NCBI GenBank assembly: GCA_044070495.1
Contig: JBIPSI010000011.1
Location: 1 to 64,000 of the forward strand
Reading direction: 5' to 3'
DNA length: 64,000 nucleotides
Origin: Spirulina sp.
Lineage (GTDB): Bacteria; Cyanobacteriota; Cyanobacteriia; Phormidesmidales; Phormidesmidaceae
Below are positions 44,583 to 56,923 of this stretch, piece after piece. Positions within the stretch are counted from its first letter, which is position 1. Each line of letters begins with the position of its first letter. The position numbers and the translations under genes were made by a program. The notes below the pieces were generated by a model. That model was not told where the DNA came from. It ran no database searches and saw only the letters and a list, made by a program, of their open reading frames with translations.

Positions 44583-46130
44583 CTAAGAGGCCACCTCGGC
44601 GGCTGGGGTGGCCTTGGCAGGGGCTTGGGTGGGCCGATGGAGGGGATCCATCACCACCTCTAGGCGCTTGAACAGCAGAGAGGCCAGGGAAGTCATCACC
44701 AGGTAGACCAGGGCCACAGCTAGGTAGATTTCAAAGGCGCGGTAGGTGGTGGCGACGGTGAGTTGCCCTTGGCGGAACAGTTCCTCAAAGCCGATCACGG
44801 CGGCCAAGCTGGTGTCTTTGATCAGGGTGATGAACTCGTTGCCCAGGGGAGGCAAAATCCGCCGGAAGGCCTGGGGAAAGACCACGTAGCGCATGGTTTC
44901 GATGGGGTTGAGGGCGAGGGCTTCCCCGGCTTCCCACTGGCCCCGGTCGATGGATTGAATGCCGCCGCGCAGAATTTCCGCCAGATAGGCGGCTACATTC
45001 AGGCTGAGGGCCAGGATGGCGGCAAAGAAACGGCCAAAGCTGAAGTCTAGACCCAACTCTTGGAACAGGGCGGGTAGGCCAAAGTAGATCATGAACAACT
45101 GCACCAGCATCGGCGTACCCCGGAAAAAGTCCACGTACACGCGGCAGATCAAGCGCAGGGGTTTGAAGGGCGAAATTAGGGCAAAGGCAATCAGGGTGCC
45201 GCCAATTAGACCAAAGACGAAGGAAAACACCGTCAACAAAATGGTGACCCAGGCCCCACGCATCAGGTTGCGCCACAGTTGGCCCCAGTTGAGGCCGCTG
45301 GCGGTGCCGCTGCTGAGGGCGGGGGCTTCCACGGGCAGTTCCGGCGGGTCGGCGGTGAACCACTGGCGATAGATCTGGGCGTAGGTGCCGTTTTGAATCA
45401 GATCCGCGAGGGCTGTGTTCATCAGGGCTAGGTTTTCGGAACCCTTGGGCAGGGCGATACCGTAGTATTCCTCCGTCAGCAGTTCGCCAACGATTTTGAT
45501 GCCCTGGAGGTTGGCTTCGTTGATGGCAAACAGGGTGACGGGCAGGTCGTTGACCACCGCATCCACCCGGCCATTCAGCAGTTCTTGTAGGGCTAGGGGG
45601 GCGCTGTCAAAGGTGGTGATGCTGGCCCCTTCCACCAGCTTGGCCTGCTCGGCTCCGGTGGTGCCAATTTGCACGGCAATGCGCTTTCCGGCCAGGCTTT
45701 CTAGGGAGGTGATCTCGTCGTTGTTCTCCCGCACCGCGATGGCGAGTCCGGCCTTGAAGTAGGGGCTGGAAAAGTCGATGGTTTGGGCGCGTTCGGCGGT
45801 GATGGTCATGCCGCTGATCGCCCCGTCGATAGTGTTGGATTGCAGGGCCGGAATTAGGCCATCGAAGGGCAGGGCAATAAACTCCACCTCGCGCCCCGCC
45901 GCCTCACCCAGGGCTTGCATCAACTCGATATCGAAGCCGATTAGGTCGCCCGTGGCTTCATCCTTCATCTCAAAGGGGGGAAAAGCGGGTTCGGTGCCAA
46001 TTTTCCACACCGTGGCATCCTGGGCGAAACTGGGCCTATACCCCAAGCCCAGGCCCAGCATGAGGGCAATCCCCAAACCCAGGGCCAGCAACCGATTTAT
46101 CCAGCGACGGCGCAACGACAGGCGAGACAT
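44583..46130 (-). CDS. Polar amino-acid ABC transporter, substrate-binding plus permease fusion (BgtB-like)
   Basis: EPAFPPFE, GFDIEL, ITAERAQ; FRGTPMLVQ, AEILRGGI, LIKDTSL. Confidence 0.92.
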   Translation of the reverse strand: MSRLSLRRRWINRLLALGLGIALMLGLGLGYRPSFAQDATVWKIGTEPAFPPFEMKDEATGDLIGFDIELMQALGEAAGREVEFIALPFDGLIPALQSNTIDGAISGMTITAERAQTIDFSSPYFKAGLAIAVRENNDEITSLESLAGKRIAVQIGTTGAEQAKLVEGASITTFDSAPLALQELLNGRVDAVVNDLPVTLFAINEANLQGIKIVGELLTEEYYGIALPKGSENLALMNTALADLIQNGTYAQIYRQWFTADPPELPVEAPALSSGTASGLNWGQLWRNLMRGAWVTILLTVFSFVFGLIGGTLIAFALISPFKPLRLICRVYVDFFRGTPMLVQLFMIYFGLPALFQELGLDFSFGRFFAAILALSLNVAAYLAEILRGGIQSIDRGQWEAGEALALNPIETMRYVVFPQAFRRILPPLGNEFITLIKDTSLAAVIGFEELFRQGQLTVATTYRAFEIYLAVALVYLVMTSLASLLFKRLEVVMDPLHRPTQAPAKATPAAEVAS

Positions 46131-46369
46131 GAGATGAACCTTCACAGCGTTACCAACCTCCCAGACGTGATGGGCCTTAAATGTTAGCGGGCCTTCATCG
46201 CAGGGGCTGAGAAGCCCACCGTGATTGCAGCTAATGAACCATATAAATTTGTGTAATCGGGAAAATGTTGGCTTTGCTACAGATTTCCCATTGAAATCCG
46301 TGGATTTCTTTAAGAAACCTCAAGTCCGCTTTCTTTGTCCGATAATAGCCCCAGTATTCCGGCCTACCT

Positions 46370-47134
46370 ATGACAGCCACCTCTTCCCCTAGCTCCGTCA
46401 TTACCTGCGAGAATCTGCACAAAAGCTTTGGCCCCATCGAGGTGCTCAAGGGCATTAGCACCACCTTTGAAAAGGGCGATGTGGTCTCTGTGATTGGCCC
46501 CTCCGGCTGCGGCAAAAGCACCTTCCTGCGCTGCCTCAATCGGCTAGAGTCCATCAACCAGGGGCGGCTGGAGGTAATGGGGCAGGATATGTCCTCCCCC
46601 AAGCTCACCTGGAAGGCGCTGTATCACCTGCGTAGCCAGGTCAGTATGGTGTTTCAGCATTTCAACCTGTTTCCCCACCTGACGGTGCTCGAAAACCTGA
46701 TGCTGGCCCCCCAAAAGGCCCTCAAGGTTTCCAAGGCCGAAGCCCAGGATTTGGCCCTGCACTACCTCGCCAAGGTGGGCCTAGCCGAACGCGCCCACGC
46801 CTACCCCGATCAGCTCTCCGGGGGCCAAAAGCAGCGGGTGGCCATTGCCCGCAGCCTGTGCATGAAGCCAGAGGCCATCCTGTTTGATGAACCCACCAGC
46901 GCCCTCGACCCCGAACTGGTGGGGGAAGTGCTGGGGGTGATGCGGCAACTGGCCCAGGAGGGCATGACCATGGTGGTGGTCACCCACGAAATGCAGTTTG
47001 CCCGCGAAGTCTCGAACCGAGTGCTGTTTTTCAATGCGGGCCTGATTGAAGAGGAAGGGGATCCCAGAACCGTCTTCAGCAACCCCAGCAGTGATCGCCT
47101 GAGGGCTTTCCTCAGCCGCATCAGCCAGCACTAA
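46370..47134 (+). CDS. Polar amino-acid ABC transporter ATP-binding protein (GlnQ/BgtA-like)
   Basis: [28 protein letters not shown]. Confidence 0.95.
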   Translation: MTATSSPSSVITCENLHKSFGPIEVLKGISTTFEKGDVVSVIGPSGCGKSTFLRCLNRLESINQGRLEVMGQDMSSPKLTWKALYHLRSQVSMVFQHFNLFPHLTVLENLMLAPQKALKVSKAEAQDLALHYLAKVGLAERAHAYPDQLSGGQKQRVAIARSLCMKPEAILFDEPTSALDPELVGEVLGVMRQLAQEGMTMVVVTHEMQFAREVSNRVLFFNAGLIEEEGDPRTVFSNPSSDRLRAFLSRISQH

Positions 47135-50100
47135 GCTTCACCCCCTCCATAGCCGCCGCCGCCGGGAGTGGCAATGCGGAGTTGGTCGCCCGGTTCCATG
47201 GTGACCGTGACCTGTCCGGGTAATCGTTCCACGGAACCATCGGCGCGAATCACGGTATTTTCGCCCACCTGTCCCGGTGCGCCCCCGGCAAGGCCAAAGG
47301 GTGGGACGGTGCGACGGTTGGAGAGAATCGCCGCCGTCATAGTTTCTTGGAATTCAATCTGCCGAATCATGCCGTTGCCGCCGGGAAATTCTCCCTGGCC
47401 GCCACTGTGGGGGCGGATGGCAAACTGCCGCAGCCGCACCGGAAAGCGCCATTCCAGCACCTCCGGGTCGGTGAGGCGCGAGTTGGTCATGTGGGTGTGG
47501 ACGGCATCGGTGCCGGAGAACCCAGGCCCAGCCCCAGATCCGCCGCAGAGGGTTTCGTAGTACTGATACTGGGCGTTGCCGAAGGTGAGGTTGTTCATGG
47601 TGCCCTGGGAAGCGGCCATTGCCCCTAGCGCCCCATAGAGCGCATCGGTCACCGCCTGGGAAACCTCCACATTGCCCGCCACCACCGCCGCCGGATAGGT
47701 CGGGTTCAGCATGGAACCCTCTGGAACGTGGATTGCCAACGGTTTGAGACAGCCCGCATTGAGGGGAATATCGTCCTCCACCAGGGTTCTAAACACGTAC
47801 AGCACCGCCGCCTTCGTCACTGCCAGGGGCGCATTGAAATTGTTAGGCCGCTGTGGGGAAGTCCCTGAAAAATCAATTCGGGCACAGCGCTGGGCACGAT
47901 CCACCGTCACCCGCACCGCAATCTGGCTACCGTCATCCATCGAGTAGGAAAACTCGCCATCCTGAAGCCGATCAATCACCCGCCGCACACATTCTTCAGC
48001 ATTATCTTGGACGTGCTGCATATAGGTTTGCACCGTGGCGAGGCCGTAGCGATTCACCAGTTTTTGTAATTCCTGCACCCCCTTTTCGTTGGCGGCAATC
48101 TGGGCCTGAAGATCCGCAATATTTTGGGCTACATTCCGCACGGGATAAGGCGCTGTAGTCAATATTTCTTGTAATTCTGCTTCCAAAAATTGACCCTGAT
48201 TAACCAATTGAACATTGTCCAGCAGTACCCCTTCTTCCTCAATAGATGTGCTGTCCGGCGGCATCGATCCGGGAGTAATGCCGCCGATATCCGCATGGTG
48301 GCCACGGGAGGCGACGTAGAACTGGGGGCGTGGGAAGTGGGGAGTGGGGAGTGGGGAGTCAGATGGGGAGGAATCTAGGAATACCGGGGTAATAACGGTG
48401 ATGTCTGGCAGGTGAGTACCGCCGTTGTAGGGGTTGTTTTGCAGATAAACATCCCCAGGTTTGAGGCTTTCACCCTTGGCCTGAATCAGACTCCGCACAC
48501 TTTCGCCCATAGAACCCAGATGCACGGGAATATGGGGCGCATTGGCAACCAGTTGCCCCTGCTGGTCGAACACCGCACAGGAAAAGTCTAGCCGCTCCTT
48601 GATATTCACCGAGTAGCTCGTATTTTGCAGCGTTACCCCCATTTCTTCGGCAACGGCGCGAAAGAGGTTGTTGAAGATTTCTAGCAATACCGGATCGGGA
48701 GTCGAAAGTCGAGAGTCGGGAGTCGGGAGTGAATCGGCCTTTTGATTCTGAACGTCAACGTTTAACTTTTGAATTCCTTTTACGGTTGCCTTCAGAATTA
48801 AATGACCCTTAGCCGTAAAAGTGGCCTGCCAATGGGGTTCTACAACGTTGGTGCCCGTGGGTTCAATAATTAGCGCTGGCCCAGAAATCACATCCCCCGG
48901 ACACAGATCCTCCCGGTGATAAATGGGCGTGTCTTGCCAAGTATCAGCAGTGTAAATCGGGACGGTAGCCCTAGGCACCAGGGGCGTGGTGCGGGGTTTG
49001 GTTAACTCCGGTTCCGCTGGGCTGTGGGTATGGCCAACCACTTCAACGGTGGCCGTATCCACAATCAGACGCTTATCTGGTTGGGCGAAACCATAGCGCT
49101 GACGATGCAGGGCCGTAAACTGCTCCGTCATCTCCGCCACAGAGCCAAAATCCACCGCCAGGGTAGAGTCGGTGCCCTCGTATTTCAACAGCAGCCGGGG
49201 GAGGACTTGGGGAGAATCGGGAGCGGGGCTAGGGGTGAGGGCTTCAAGGGAACTTTGAATTTTGAACTTTGAATTTTGAACTTTGAACCCCTGCTGCGCC
49301 AATTCCTCCAGCCCCTTATCCGCCAAGGACTCCAGCACTCGCTGAATTTCCCGTAACGTGGCTTCGTTAAGAGGCTGTTCTACCGATTGTTCGTGAAGCG
49401 ACCGCACATCCGCCAACCCCATGCCGTAGGCCGACAGCACCCCAGCGTAGGGATGGATGAACACCTCGGTCATGCCTAGGGCATCGGCGATCAGGCAGGC
49501 GTGTTGCCCCCCGGCTCCGCCAAAGCAGCAGAGGACGTACTCGGCCAGATCGTAGCCCCGCTGCACGGAGATTTTTTTGATGGCGTTGGCCATTTTCTCC
49601 ACGGCAATCGCCAAAAAACCAGCGGCGACCTGTTCGGGACGGCGGACATCTCCGGTTTGGGTATGAATCTCCTCAGCCAGGGCTGAGAACTTTTGCCGCA
49701 CAATGTCTGCATCCAAGGGCAAATTCCCCGCTGGGCCGAAGACCTGGGGAAAAAATTCCGGCTGAAGCTTGCCTACCATGACGTTGCAATCCGTCACCGC
49801 CAGCGGCCCCCCGTGGCGATAGCAGGCTGGCCCTGGGTACGCCCCCGCCGACTCTGGCCCCACCCGATAGCGGCTGCCATCAAAGCTCACCATCGATCCG
49901 CCCCCCGCCGCCACGGTATGAATCGCCATCATCGGTGCCCGCAGCCGCACCCCCGCCACCTCGGTTTCTAGGGTGCGCTCGTACTCGCCCCGATAGTGGG
50001 ACACATCCGTCGAAGTGCCGCCCATATCAAAGCCAATAATTTGCCTGTAACCCGCCTGCCCACTGGTCTGCACCGCCCCCACAATCCCCCCCGCTGGCCC

Positions 50101-51030
50101 AGAGAGAATGCTGTCTCTGCCCTGAAACAACGCCGCATCCGTCAGCCCGCCGTTGGACTGCATGAACATCAGGCGAGGTAATGGGGGATGGGGAGATGGG
50201 GGGATGGGGGGATGGGGGGGGGATCCTTCCGGTTCCCCTCTCCCTTGGGGAGAGGGGCTAGGGGTGAGGGCTGCCGAGGATCTAGAAATAGAGGCTTCCG
50301 AATCATCAGAACTGTGAGCAGGCTGCAACTGCCCCGCCACCCGATCCACATACCGCCGCAAAATGGGCGACAGGTAGGCATCAACGACGGTGGTATCTCC
50401 CCGGCTGATCAATTTAATTAGGGGGCTGACTTGGTGGGACAGGGAAACCTGGGTAAAGCCCACTTCACAGGCGAGTTCACCCAAGCGCTGCTCATGGGTA
50501 GGATAGCGGTAGCCGTGCATGAGGACGATGGCGCAGGATCGAATCCCGCTGGCATAGGCCTCCTGAAGGTCTTGGCGGAGGCGATCTTCCTCAGCCTGGG
50601 TGAGCGGCGTCAGGATTTCTCCTTGGGCGCTGATCCGTTCCTGCACTTCCAAGACGCTTTCGTAGAGCATTTCGGGGAGTTGGATGTGGCGGGCAAAGAT
50701 GTCGGGCCGATTTTGGTAGCCGATCCGCAGGGCATCGCGGAAACCTTGGGTGATCAGCAGCAGGACGCGATCCCCCTTGCGTTCCAGCAGGGCATTGGTG
50801 GCGACGGTGGTGCCCATTTTCACCGCTTCAATGGCCTCGGCGGGGATGGGTTCGCCCTCGCTCAACCCCAGCAGGTCGCGAATGCCTTGAATCGGAGCAT
50901 CGGCGTAGCGGTCGGGATTTTCTGACAGCAGCTTGTGGACGACCAATGTTCCATCGGGACGGCGGGCCACAATGTCGGTAAAGGTGCCACCTCGGTCAAT
51001 CCAAAATTGCCAGCGCTGGGGAGAAGTCAA
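47131..51030 (-). CDS. oplA: 5-oxoprolinase (fused hydantoinase A/B) with repeat-derived in-frame inserts
   Basis: [66 protein letters not shown]. Confidence 0.95.
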   Translation of the reverse strand: MTSPQRWQFWIDRGGTFTDIVARRPDGTLVVHKLLSENPDRYADAPIQGIRDLLGLSEGEPIPAEAIEAVKMGTTVATNALLERKGDRVLLLITQGFRDALRIGYQNRPDIFARHIQLPEMLYESVLEVQERISAQGEILTPLTQAEEDRLRQDLQEAYASGIRSCAIVLMHGYRYPTHEQRLGELACEVGFTQVSLSHQVSPLIKLISRGDTTVVDAYLSPILRRYVDRVAGQLQPAHSSDDSEASISRSSAALTPSPSPQGRGEPEGSPPHPPIPPSPHPPLPRLMFMQSNGGLTDAALFQGRDSILSGPAGGIVGAVQTSGQAGYRQIIGFDMGGTSTDVSHYRGEYERTLETEVAGVRLRAPMMAIHTVAAGGGSMVSFDGSRYRVGPESAGAYPGPACYRHGGPLAVTDCNVMVGKLQPEFFPQVFGPAGNLPLDADIVRQKFSALAEEIHTQTGDVRRPEQVAAGFLAIAVEKMANAIKKISVQRGYDLAEYVLCCFGGAGGQHACLIADALGMTEVFIHPYAGVLSAYGMGLADVRSLHEQSVEQPLNEATLREIQRVLESLADKGLEELAQQGFKVQNSKFKIQSSLEALTPSPAPDSPQVLPRLLLKYEGTDSTLAVDFGSVAEMTEQFTALHRQRYGFAQPDKRLIVDTATVEVVGHTHSPAEPELTKPRTTPLVPRATVPIYTADTWQDTPIYHREDLCPGDVISGPALIIEPTGTNVVEPHWQATFTAKGHLILKATVKGIQKLNVDVQNQKADSLPTPDSRLSTPDPVLLEIFNNLFRAVAEEMGVTLQNTSYSVNIKERLDFSCAVFDQQGQLVANAPHIPVHLGSMGESVRSLIQAKGESLKPGDVYLQNNPYNGGTHLPDITVITPVFLDSSPSDSPLPTPHFPRPQFYVASRGHHADIGGITPGSMPPDSTSIEEEGVLLDNVQLVNQGQFLEAELQEILTTAPYPVRNVAQNIADLQAQIAANEKGVQELQKLVNRYGLATVQTYMQHVQDNAEECVRRVIDRLQDGEFSYSMDDGSQIAVRVTVDRAQRCARIDFSGTSPQRPNNFNAPLAVTKAAVLYVFRTLVEDDIPLNAGCLKPLAIHVPEGSMLNPTYPAAVVAGNVEVSQAVTDALYGALGAMAASQGTMNNLTFGNAQYQYYETLCGGSGAGPGFSGTDAVHTHMTNSRLTDPEVLEWRFPVRLRQFAIRPHSGGQGEFPGGNGMIRQIEFQETMTAAILSNRRTVPPFGLAGGAPGQVGENTVIRADGSVERLPGQVTVTMEPGDQLRIATPGGGGYGGGEA

Positions 51031-51139
51031 GGGAAACCTCCATCCGTAGCCAATCTTGGCATCATAGCCAAGCCTGGGGCGTTTTGGCCGTTGTCGCCAA
51101 GGGGATCACCACCGCCGCAGACTGTCGGCTAACCTGCCC

Positions 51140-51877
51140 TCAAAATTGGGCCATGAGATATTCTCGCCGTAGCCGCGCAATGGCATCGATGGAAATGCCC
51201 TTAGGACACACCGCCTGACATTCGCCGTGGTTGGAGCAGTCGCCAAAGCCCTCCGCCGCCATTTGATCGGTCATGGCGAGGACGCGGGCCTTGCGTTCGG
51301 GGTGGCCCTGGGGCAAGAGGGAGAGGTGAGCCACCTTAGCCGCCGTAAACAGAGAGGCCGAGGCATTGGGGCAGGCCGCCACACAGGCTCCACAGCCAAT
51401 GCAGGCCGCATAGTCAAAGGCTTGGTCGGCGTTGGCCTTAGGGACGGGGATGGCGTTGGCCTCTGGGGCTGACCCGGTTTTTGCCGAGATGTAGCCGCCT
51501 GCCACCATGATGCGGTCGAGGGCGGTACGGTCTACCACCAGATCTTTCATGACGGGAAACGCCTTGGCACGCCAGGGTTCAACGGTAATGGTGTCGCCGT
51601 CTTGGAAGTGGCGCAGGTAGAGTTGGCAGGTGGCGGTTTCGGTCTTCCCACCGTGGGCCTTGCCGTTGATCATCATGCCGCAGGAGCCGCAGATGCCCTC
51701 GCGGCAGTCGTGGTCAAACTCGATGGGGGCTTCCCCTCGGTGGATGAGCTGCTCGTTCAGGACATCCAGCAACTCCAAAAAGGACATATCGGGATGGGCC
51801 TCGGCCAGGGTATAGGTTTGCAACTGCCCCGATTTCTCGGCATTCGCCTGTCGCCAAACCTTGAGGTGAAGTTGCAT
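51140..51877 (-). CDS. sdhB: Succinate dehydrogenase/fumarate reductase iron-sulfur subunit
   Basis: [36 protein letters not shown]. Confidence 0.93.
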   Translation of the reverse strand: MQLHLKVWRQANAEKSGQLQTYTLAEAHPDMSFLELLDVLNEQLIHRGEAPIEFDHDCREGICGSCGMMINGKAHGGKTETATCQLYLRHFQDGDTITVEPWRAKAFPVMKDLVVDRTALDRIMVAGGYISAKTGSAPEANAIPVPKANADQAFDYAACIGCGACVAACPNASASLFTAAKVAHLSLLPQGHPERKARVLAMTDQMAAEGFGDCSNHGECQAVCPKGISIDAIARLRREYLMAQF

Positions 51878-52039
51878 CGCACCGACCAAACAACAGTAAC
51901 AGGGATAAGATGGCCTCCATGGGACTATGACCGCCCTGGGGCCGCAAGATGCCGCAACCGACGGTTTCCCCGGTTCGCCACCTCTTTAGGGTATACCCGA
52001 TCCTCCGGCAAGGGGGAGGCCCGCCATTCTATATAAATT

Positions 52040-53389
52040 GTGAACAACCCAGATTTGCCACTGCCAGATTTGCCACTGACTGAACCCCTACGGTTAAGCC
52101 GTTTTTTTCGCCTAGCGGCGGCGAATATCCTGTCGAATTTGATGGTGCCCCTGGCGGGTTTGGTGGATACGGCCTTTTTGGGCCACCTCGACGACATTCG
52201 CCACCTGGGCGGAGTGGCCTTGGCGACGGTGATTTTCAACGTGCTGTACTGGAGCTTTGGCTTTTTGCGGATGGGCACCACGGGCACCACCGCCCAGGCC
52301 CGTGGGCGCGGCGACAACACCGACCTCTGGCTGATTCTGCTACGCAACGGCAGTGTGGCTCTGGCGGGGGGGCTGCTGATTGTGTTGTTCCAGGTGCCCC
52401 TGCGCGACCTCGGCTTTGCCCTACTCCAGGCGGAGGAAGAGGTGAAGGCGGCGGGCTATGCCTTTTATAATGCCCGCATTTGGGATGCCCCGGCGGTGCT
52501 GCTGAATCTGGTGGTGATGGGCTGGTTTTTGGGCCGAGAACAGGGGCGGCGGGTGCTGCTGCTGTCGTTGGTGGGCAACGGCAGCAATGTGGTGTTCAAC
52601 AGCCTATTTATTGGCTATTTGGGCTGGGCCAGCGCTGGGGCTGGGCTAGGGACGGCCCTCAGCCAGTACGTTACCCTGGGGCTGGGTTTGGTCTTTGTGG
52701 CGCGGGAAGGTGGGGTGGCACGGCTGCGGCAGGTGGCCCCCCAGGGCTGGAATCGGCAGGCCCTACGGGATATCTTCTCGCTGAACCGAGACATCCTAAT
52801 CCGCACCTTTTCCCTGGTGATGAGCTTTGCTCTGTTTACCAACGTTAGCGCTGCCCTGGGCACCCAAACCCTAGCCGCCAACACCCTCCTGCTCCAGGTG
52901 GTGATGCTTTCCGCCTACTTCATCGACGGCATTGCCTTTGCCACCGAAAGCTTTGCCGGACGCTACTATGGCAGCGGCAATGGATCCGAACTGCGGCGTC
53001 TACTGTGGGTGGGCGGCATCACTAGCCTGGGCCTGGGCCTGAGCTTTGCCCTCGCCTTCAATCTCTTTCCCCAGACCCTCTTTGGCCTGTTGACCAGCCA
53101 CAGTGAGGTGATCGCCACGGTGCAAACCTACGTGGGCTGGCTACTGCCGATTTTGGCCATGGGCGGCATCGCCTACATGCTAGACGGCTACTTTTTGGGT
53201 CTAACAGCGGGCAAAGTCCTCCGCAATGCCACCCTGCTGGCGGCGGGGGTTGGCTTCTTTCCCCTAGCCCTAAGTGCCCAACGGCTGGGTAGCCCCCACG
53301 GGCTTTGGCTGGCCCTGGCTGGCTTAATGGCAGGCCGCGCCCTCACCCTACTCTGGGCTGTCCCCGCTTCCCTAAAAACCCTGCGGTAG
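52040..53389 (+). CDS. MATE family efflux transporter (DinF-like)
   Basis: PLAGLVDTAFLGH, FLRMGTTGTTAQA; about 12 TM segments. Confidence 0.92.
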   Translation: MNNPDLPLPDLPLTEPLRLSRFFRLAAANILSNLMVPLAGLVDTAFLGHLDDIRHLGGVALATVIFNVLYWSFGFLRMGTTGTTAQARGRGDNTDLWLILLRNGSVALAGGLLIVLFQVPLRDLGFALLQAEEEVKAAGYAFYNARIWDAPAVLLNLVVMGWFLGREQGRRVLLLSLVGNGSNVVFNSLFIGYLGWASAGAGLGTALSQYVTLGLGLVFVAREGGVARLRQVAPQGWNRQALRDIFSLNRDILIRTFSLVMSFALFTNVSAALGTQTLAANTLLLQVVMLSAYFIDGIAFATESFAGRYYGSGNGSELRRLLWVGGITSLGLGLSFALAFNLFPQTLFGLLTSHSEVIATVQTYVGWLLPILAMGGIAYMLDGYFLGLTAGKVLRNATLLAAGVGFFPLALSAQRLGSPHGLWLALAGLMAGRALTLLWAVPASLKTLR

Positions 53390-53434
53390 TCCTGACCTCG
53401 CCCCAGCCGCCATCACATCTACACAAGAGGATAC

Positions 53435-53456
53435 AAAAAAGGGGCCTAAGGCCCCC
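53435..53456 (-). terminator. Intrinsic terminator (minus strand)
   Basis: GGGGCC-TTA-GGCCCC followed by TTTTTT on the minus strand. Confidence 0.65.
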
Positions 53457-53525
53457 TCGGTTGCTATGGATAGCGAAATTGTCAAAATGTCAAAACTTTA
53501 AAGGCTACAACGTTGTCAAAACGTC

Positions 53526-53807
53526 CTAATGCAGGCCGGGTTCGATTTGGTCGAGGGGGATGAAGCACTCGCTGGGCAAAAGCACAGGGCGTTCACCAAA
53601 AATCAGCTTGCCGCGATGGGTTTTGGTGCTGATGGCAATACCCACAGGCCGCTGGAGATCGTCGGGATGCACCTCGTAGTAGGTGCGGTAGATCTGGCGG
53701 GCGGATTTGAGCAGGGCGGGATTAAACACCGTAGACAAAAGGGCGGCATCCGGCAACGATGGCGCTGTCTCGCTGGTAACGGAGGGGGGGTTCTGTAGAC
53801 CGTACAC
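53526..53807 (-). CDS. Conserved cyanobacterial hypothetical protein
   Basis: NPALLKSARQIYRTYYEVH...RGKLIF...P.LLP.ECF; follows leuB and has a terminator. Confidence 0.7.
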   Translation of the reverse strand: MYGLQNPPSVTSETAPSLPDAALLSTVFNPALLKSARQIYRTYYEVHPDDLQRPVGIAISTKTHRGKLIFGERPVLLPSECFIPLDQIEPGLH

Positions 53808-53887
53808 GACTCACCTGTGACTCTTCGACAAGACTGTAACCGATATCCCCAGGGCTGGTTAATCGTTGCCTAATGTTAAACGAGAAC

Positions 53888-54982
53888 TTAGGATTTGAAC
53901 GTATCAATTGCAGCCAGTAGCGCCTCGCCCATACCCTTACAGCCCACGGCGGTCATGCCCTCAGAGATGATGTCGCCGGTTCGGTAGCCCTGGTCGAGCA
54001 CCGTGTTGACGGCGTTCTCGATGCGGTCGGCGGCGGCGGGTTGGTCTAACCCATAGCGCAGCATCATGGCCGCACTCAGTACCTGGGCTAGGGGGTTGGC
54101 CTTGTCCTGTCCGGCAATGTCGGGGGCAGACCCGTGGACGGGTTCGTAGACCCCAGGCCCATCGGCCCCCAGGCTGGCGGAGGGCAACATGCCGATACTT
54201 CCAGTCAGCATCGCCGCCGCATCGGACAGAATATCCCCGAACAGGTTCCCGGTGACGATGGTATCGAACTGCTTGGGCCAGCGGATCAGCTGCATCGCCG
54301 CATTGTCCACATACAAATGGCTGAGGGTGACATCGGGGTAGTCCGCCGCCATGGCCGTAATCCGATCCCGCCACAGTTGCGACACCTCCAGCACATTGGC
54401 CTTATCCACCGAGCAAAGCTGTCCCCCCCGTTTTTGGGCGGTTTCAAAGGCGACCTTACCAATCCGGTCAATTTCTGAATCGGTGTAGGCCATGGTGTTG
54501 ACCCCTCGCTTTTCCCCGGTTTCCGTCTCAAACAGGCCCTTGGGGGTGCCAAAGTAAATGCCGCCCGTCAGTTCGCGCACCACCATAATATCGACCCCTT
54601 CCACCACCTCGCGCTTGAGGGAAGAGGCATCCACCAACTGTGGCAAAATCGTCGCGGGGCGCAGGTTGGCGAACAGTCCTAACCCCGCCCGCAGTCCCAA
54701 AAGGCCCGTTTCTGGCCGCTGGTGCCGGGGCAGATTGTCCCACTTGTAGCCACCAATGGCCGCTAACAGCACCGCATCGCTGCCCTTGCAGGTATCCAGC
54801 GTCGCCTGGGGCAGGGGTTCTCCGGTGGCATCAATAGCCGCGCCGCCAATCAGGGCTTCCTGAAACTCAAAGCTTAAGTCCATCTGCCGACCTACGGCCT
54901 TGAGAACATCCACGGCAACGGCCATAATTTCGGGGCCAATGCCATCACCGGGCAGCAGGGTAATGCGGTAAGAGGAGGTCAT
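53888..54982 (-). CDS. leuB: 3-isopropylmalate dehydrogenase
   Basis: [47 protein letters not shown]. Confidence 0.98.
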   Translation of the reverse strand: MTSSYRITLLPGDGIGPEIMAVAVDVLKAVGRQMDLSFEFQEALIGGAAIDATGEPLPQATLDTCKGSDAVLLAAIGGYKWDNLPRHQRPETGLLGLRAGLGLFANLRPATILPQLVDASSLKREVVEGVDIMVVRELTGGIYFGTPKGLFETETGEKRGVNTMAYTDSEIDRIGKVAFETAQKRGGQLCSVDKANVLEVSQLWRDRITAMAADYPDVTLSHLYVDNAAMQLIRWPKQFDTIVTGNLFGDILSDAAAMLTGSIGMLPSASLGADGPGVYEPVHGSAPDIAGQDKANPLAQVLSAAMMLRYGLDQPAAADRIENAVNTVLDQGYRTGDIISEGMTAVGCKGMGEALLAAIDTFKS

Positions 54983-55400
54983 AGGACAGGCTCGTAAATA
55001 ATCGACAAACCGGGCGCAAACGGCCCCTAGGCAGCTTTCTATCATACCCCGGCAGGCCAACCCCAAAACCTGTGGTGGAACATCATACTGCCTACGACTA
55101 CCTCTTCGCCCTCGCTCTCTAGCCGTCTACCCTGGTTACCCCTCGACTCATCGGGCATCCAATCATCTTACATAGTGACCACTTGGACTGCTACCTAAGC
55201 AGGTAGACCATCCTCTCTCAACCACTTTCCGACACTCCAAATAAAACTATTAAGACTTTTATAACTAATTTATTAGAGGTCTTCAGATTAGAGTATATTT
55301 TTATGCTGAGCGAGTGAAGCTTGCAGGTAGACTTCGCAGGAAGCTTGCAAAATCTTGTCCATCAACATTATCGCTCTATATCCGTAATTGAGGTTTGTCT

Positions 55401-56573
55401 ATGTCTTTGGTGCGAAAATTTTCAGGGTGTCTTGGTGTTTTGTGCCTTACCTCTAGCATTCTTTCCTTTCCTCTAAAGTCTTCTGCTATTTCTCCTAGTA
55501 CTTTTCAGAAGGATGGGGAAGAAGTGGCCCTGGATAGGAATAGTTTAGAAGTCACAGAGCCATTGCTCATTGGTAATGCGACCCAGAATGATCAAATTAA
55601 GATGCTGACCATTCTAGAGGTTACACCAATCAGGCCAAGCACGGGAGTTAGCTCAGAAGCTGCTACAATTACAACCCTTGTTGCGGGAGGGTTGGCCGCT
55701 TTGTCCGGGCCAATTGGTGGAGGTGCTGCTCTCCTCATTGAAGCAGGAGGACGGGCTGCTAGCGCAAGATCAGGAATGGCTCTTCTCGTCGATGCGGGTA
55801 TCGCAATCGGTTCTTCAACGGGGGATAATCTTTATATTACGGTGAATGATAACCGTGTTTGGCCTCTTTTAGAGTATAGAACTCTTACAGAATATCCACC
55901 ATTGCCTCCTGGTCGGCCTACTGTTGTTGGTGCGACCGCATTTCTGGATCGCAATTTGACAATTAAACTGATGGATCAAGATTTATCTGGTGATGATCTC
56001 CTCAACAATCCACCTTTAACAATTAGCAGAAATGTATCGCCTGCTGATGAAGTATGGAATACGAGGCGAAATATTCTCGTAGAAAATAGACAAGAGGGTA
56101 GTCTTTACATGATGACCATCCAAGTCTCAGCAGCGACTAGTATTGGCCCAAAACTTATCAGTAATGGTGAGAATAACTCTATTGCGATGACGCCCCTCTT
56201 ATCCTATGGTGATCCAGATCTGGAGAATGGCTCTTATTTGAAGTCTGAGAATGGTAGGTTTACGTTGATCATGCAAGATGACAGTAACCTTGTTATCTAC
56301 GAAGACGGTAATCGACCTGTTTGGGCTAGTGGCAGTCAAATCATTGCCGATGCCGAAGGGCGACCTATTTTCGGTCAGGGTCCCTTTGAGGCTCGAATGC
56401 AGAGTGACGGAAACTTTGTTGTTTACAATGAATCAAATCGACCTATCTGGGAAACCAATACTGATGGTCGCGGACAGGGGCCTTACGAATTAGTGCTTCA
56501 GGATGACCGTAATCTTGTGATCTACGATTCCCAGAGAACTGTTATCTGGGCGTCTAACACAGATCTCAGATAG
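55401..56573 (+). CDS. Secreted protein with C-terminal bulb-type (GNA/B) lectin domain
   Basis: Signal-peptide-like N-terminus; three QxDxNxVxY motifs (MQDDSNLVIY, MQSDGNFVVY, LQDDRNLVIY) with W(A/E)(S/T) strands. Confidence 0.85.
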   Translation: MSLVRKFSGCLGVLCLTSSILSFPLKSSAISPSTFQKDGEEVALDRNSLEVTEPLLIGNATQNDQIKMLTILEVTPIRPSTGVSSEAATITTLVAGGLAALSGPIGGGAALLIEAGGRAASARSGMALLVDAGIAIGSSTGDNLYITVNDNRVWPLLEYRTLTEYPPLPPGRPTVVGATAFLDRNLTIKLMDQDLSGDDLLNNPPLTISRNVSPADEVWNTRRNILVENRQEGSLYMMTIQVSAATSIGPKLISNGENNSIAMTPLLSYGDPDLENGSYLKSENGRFTLIMQDDSNLVIYEDGNRPVWASGSQIIADAEGRPIFGQGPFEARMQSDGNFVVYNESNRPIWETNTDGRGQGPYELVLQDDRNLVIYDSQRTVIWASNTDLR

Positions 56574-56923
56574 GTCTTTTGGGATACTTAATCATCCCAG
56601 AAGATATCCTCTAAGGCGGTGAGTGACCAAATTAGGAATCCATTTGGGTTCTGTTGAAGCTAGAGCCCTGGGATCTAATGCAAGACGCGGATCCTAGGGT
56701 TCTGAGGTGATCAAGGCCGATCTTGGCATTTTCACCATCGGAATCCTGGGATTATTGCAGTAGTAGAGGATATAGGAGGCGGAAATCTGGGCATTGGGCG
56801 AAGGCTTTATGCCTACATTTCCTAAAAGTGAGTCAACCCATCCTTAATTCAGAAATGCCAGCAGTTGATTTATCATTGCCTATGGTTTAGGAGGGCATGA
56901 TGAGTTGCCCCTGCGGATGTGAT

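Noticed and set aside
51140..51877. sdhB without sdhA/sdhC as an anomaly
   Set aside because: Scattered sdh genes are normal in cyanobacteria.
56610..56900. Possible pseudogene between the lectin gene and higA
   Set aside because: No recognisable reading frame or motif.
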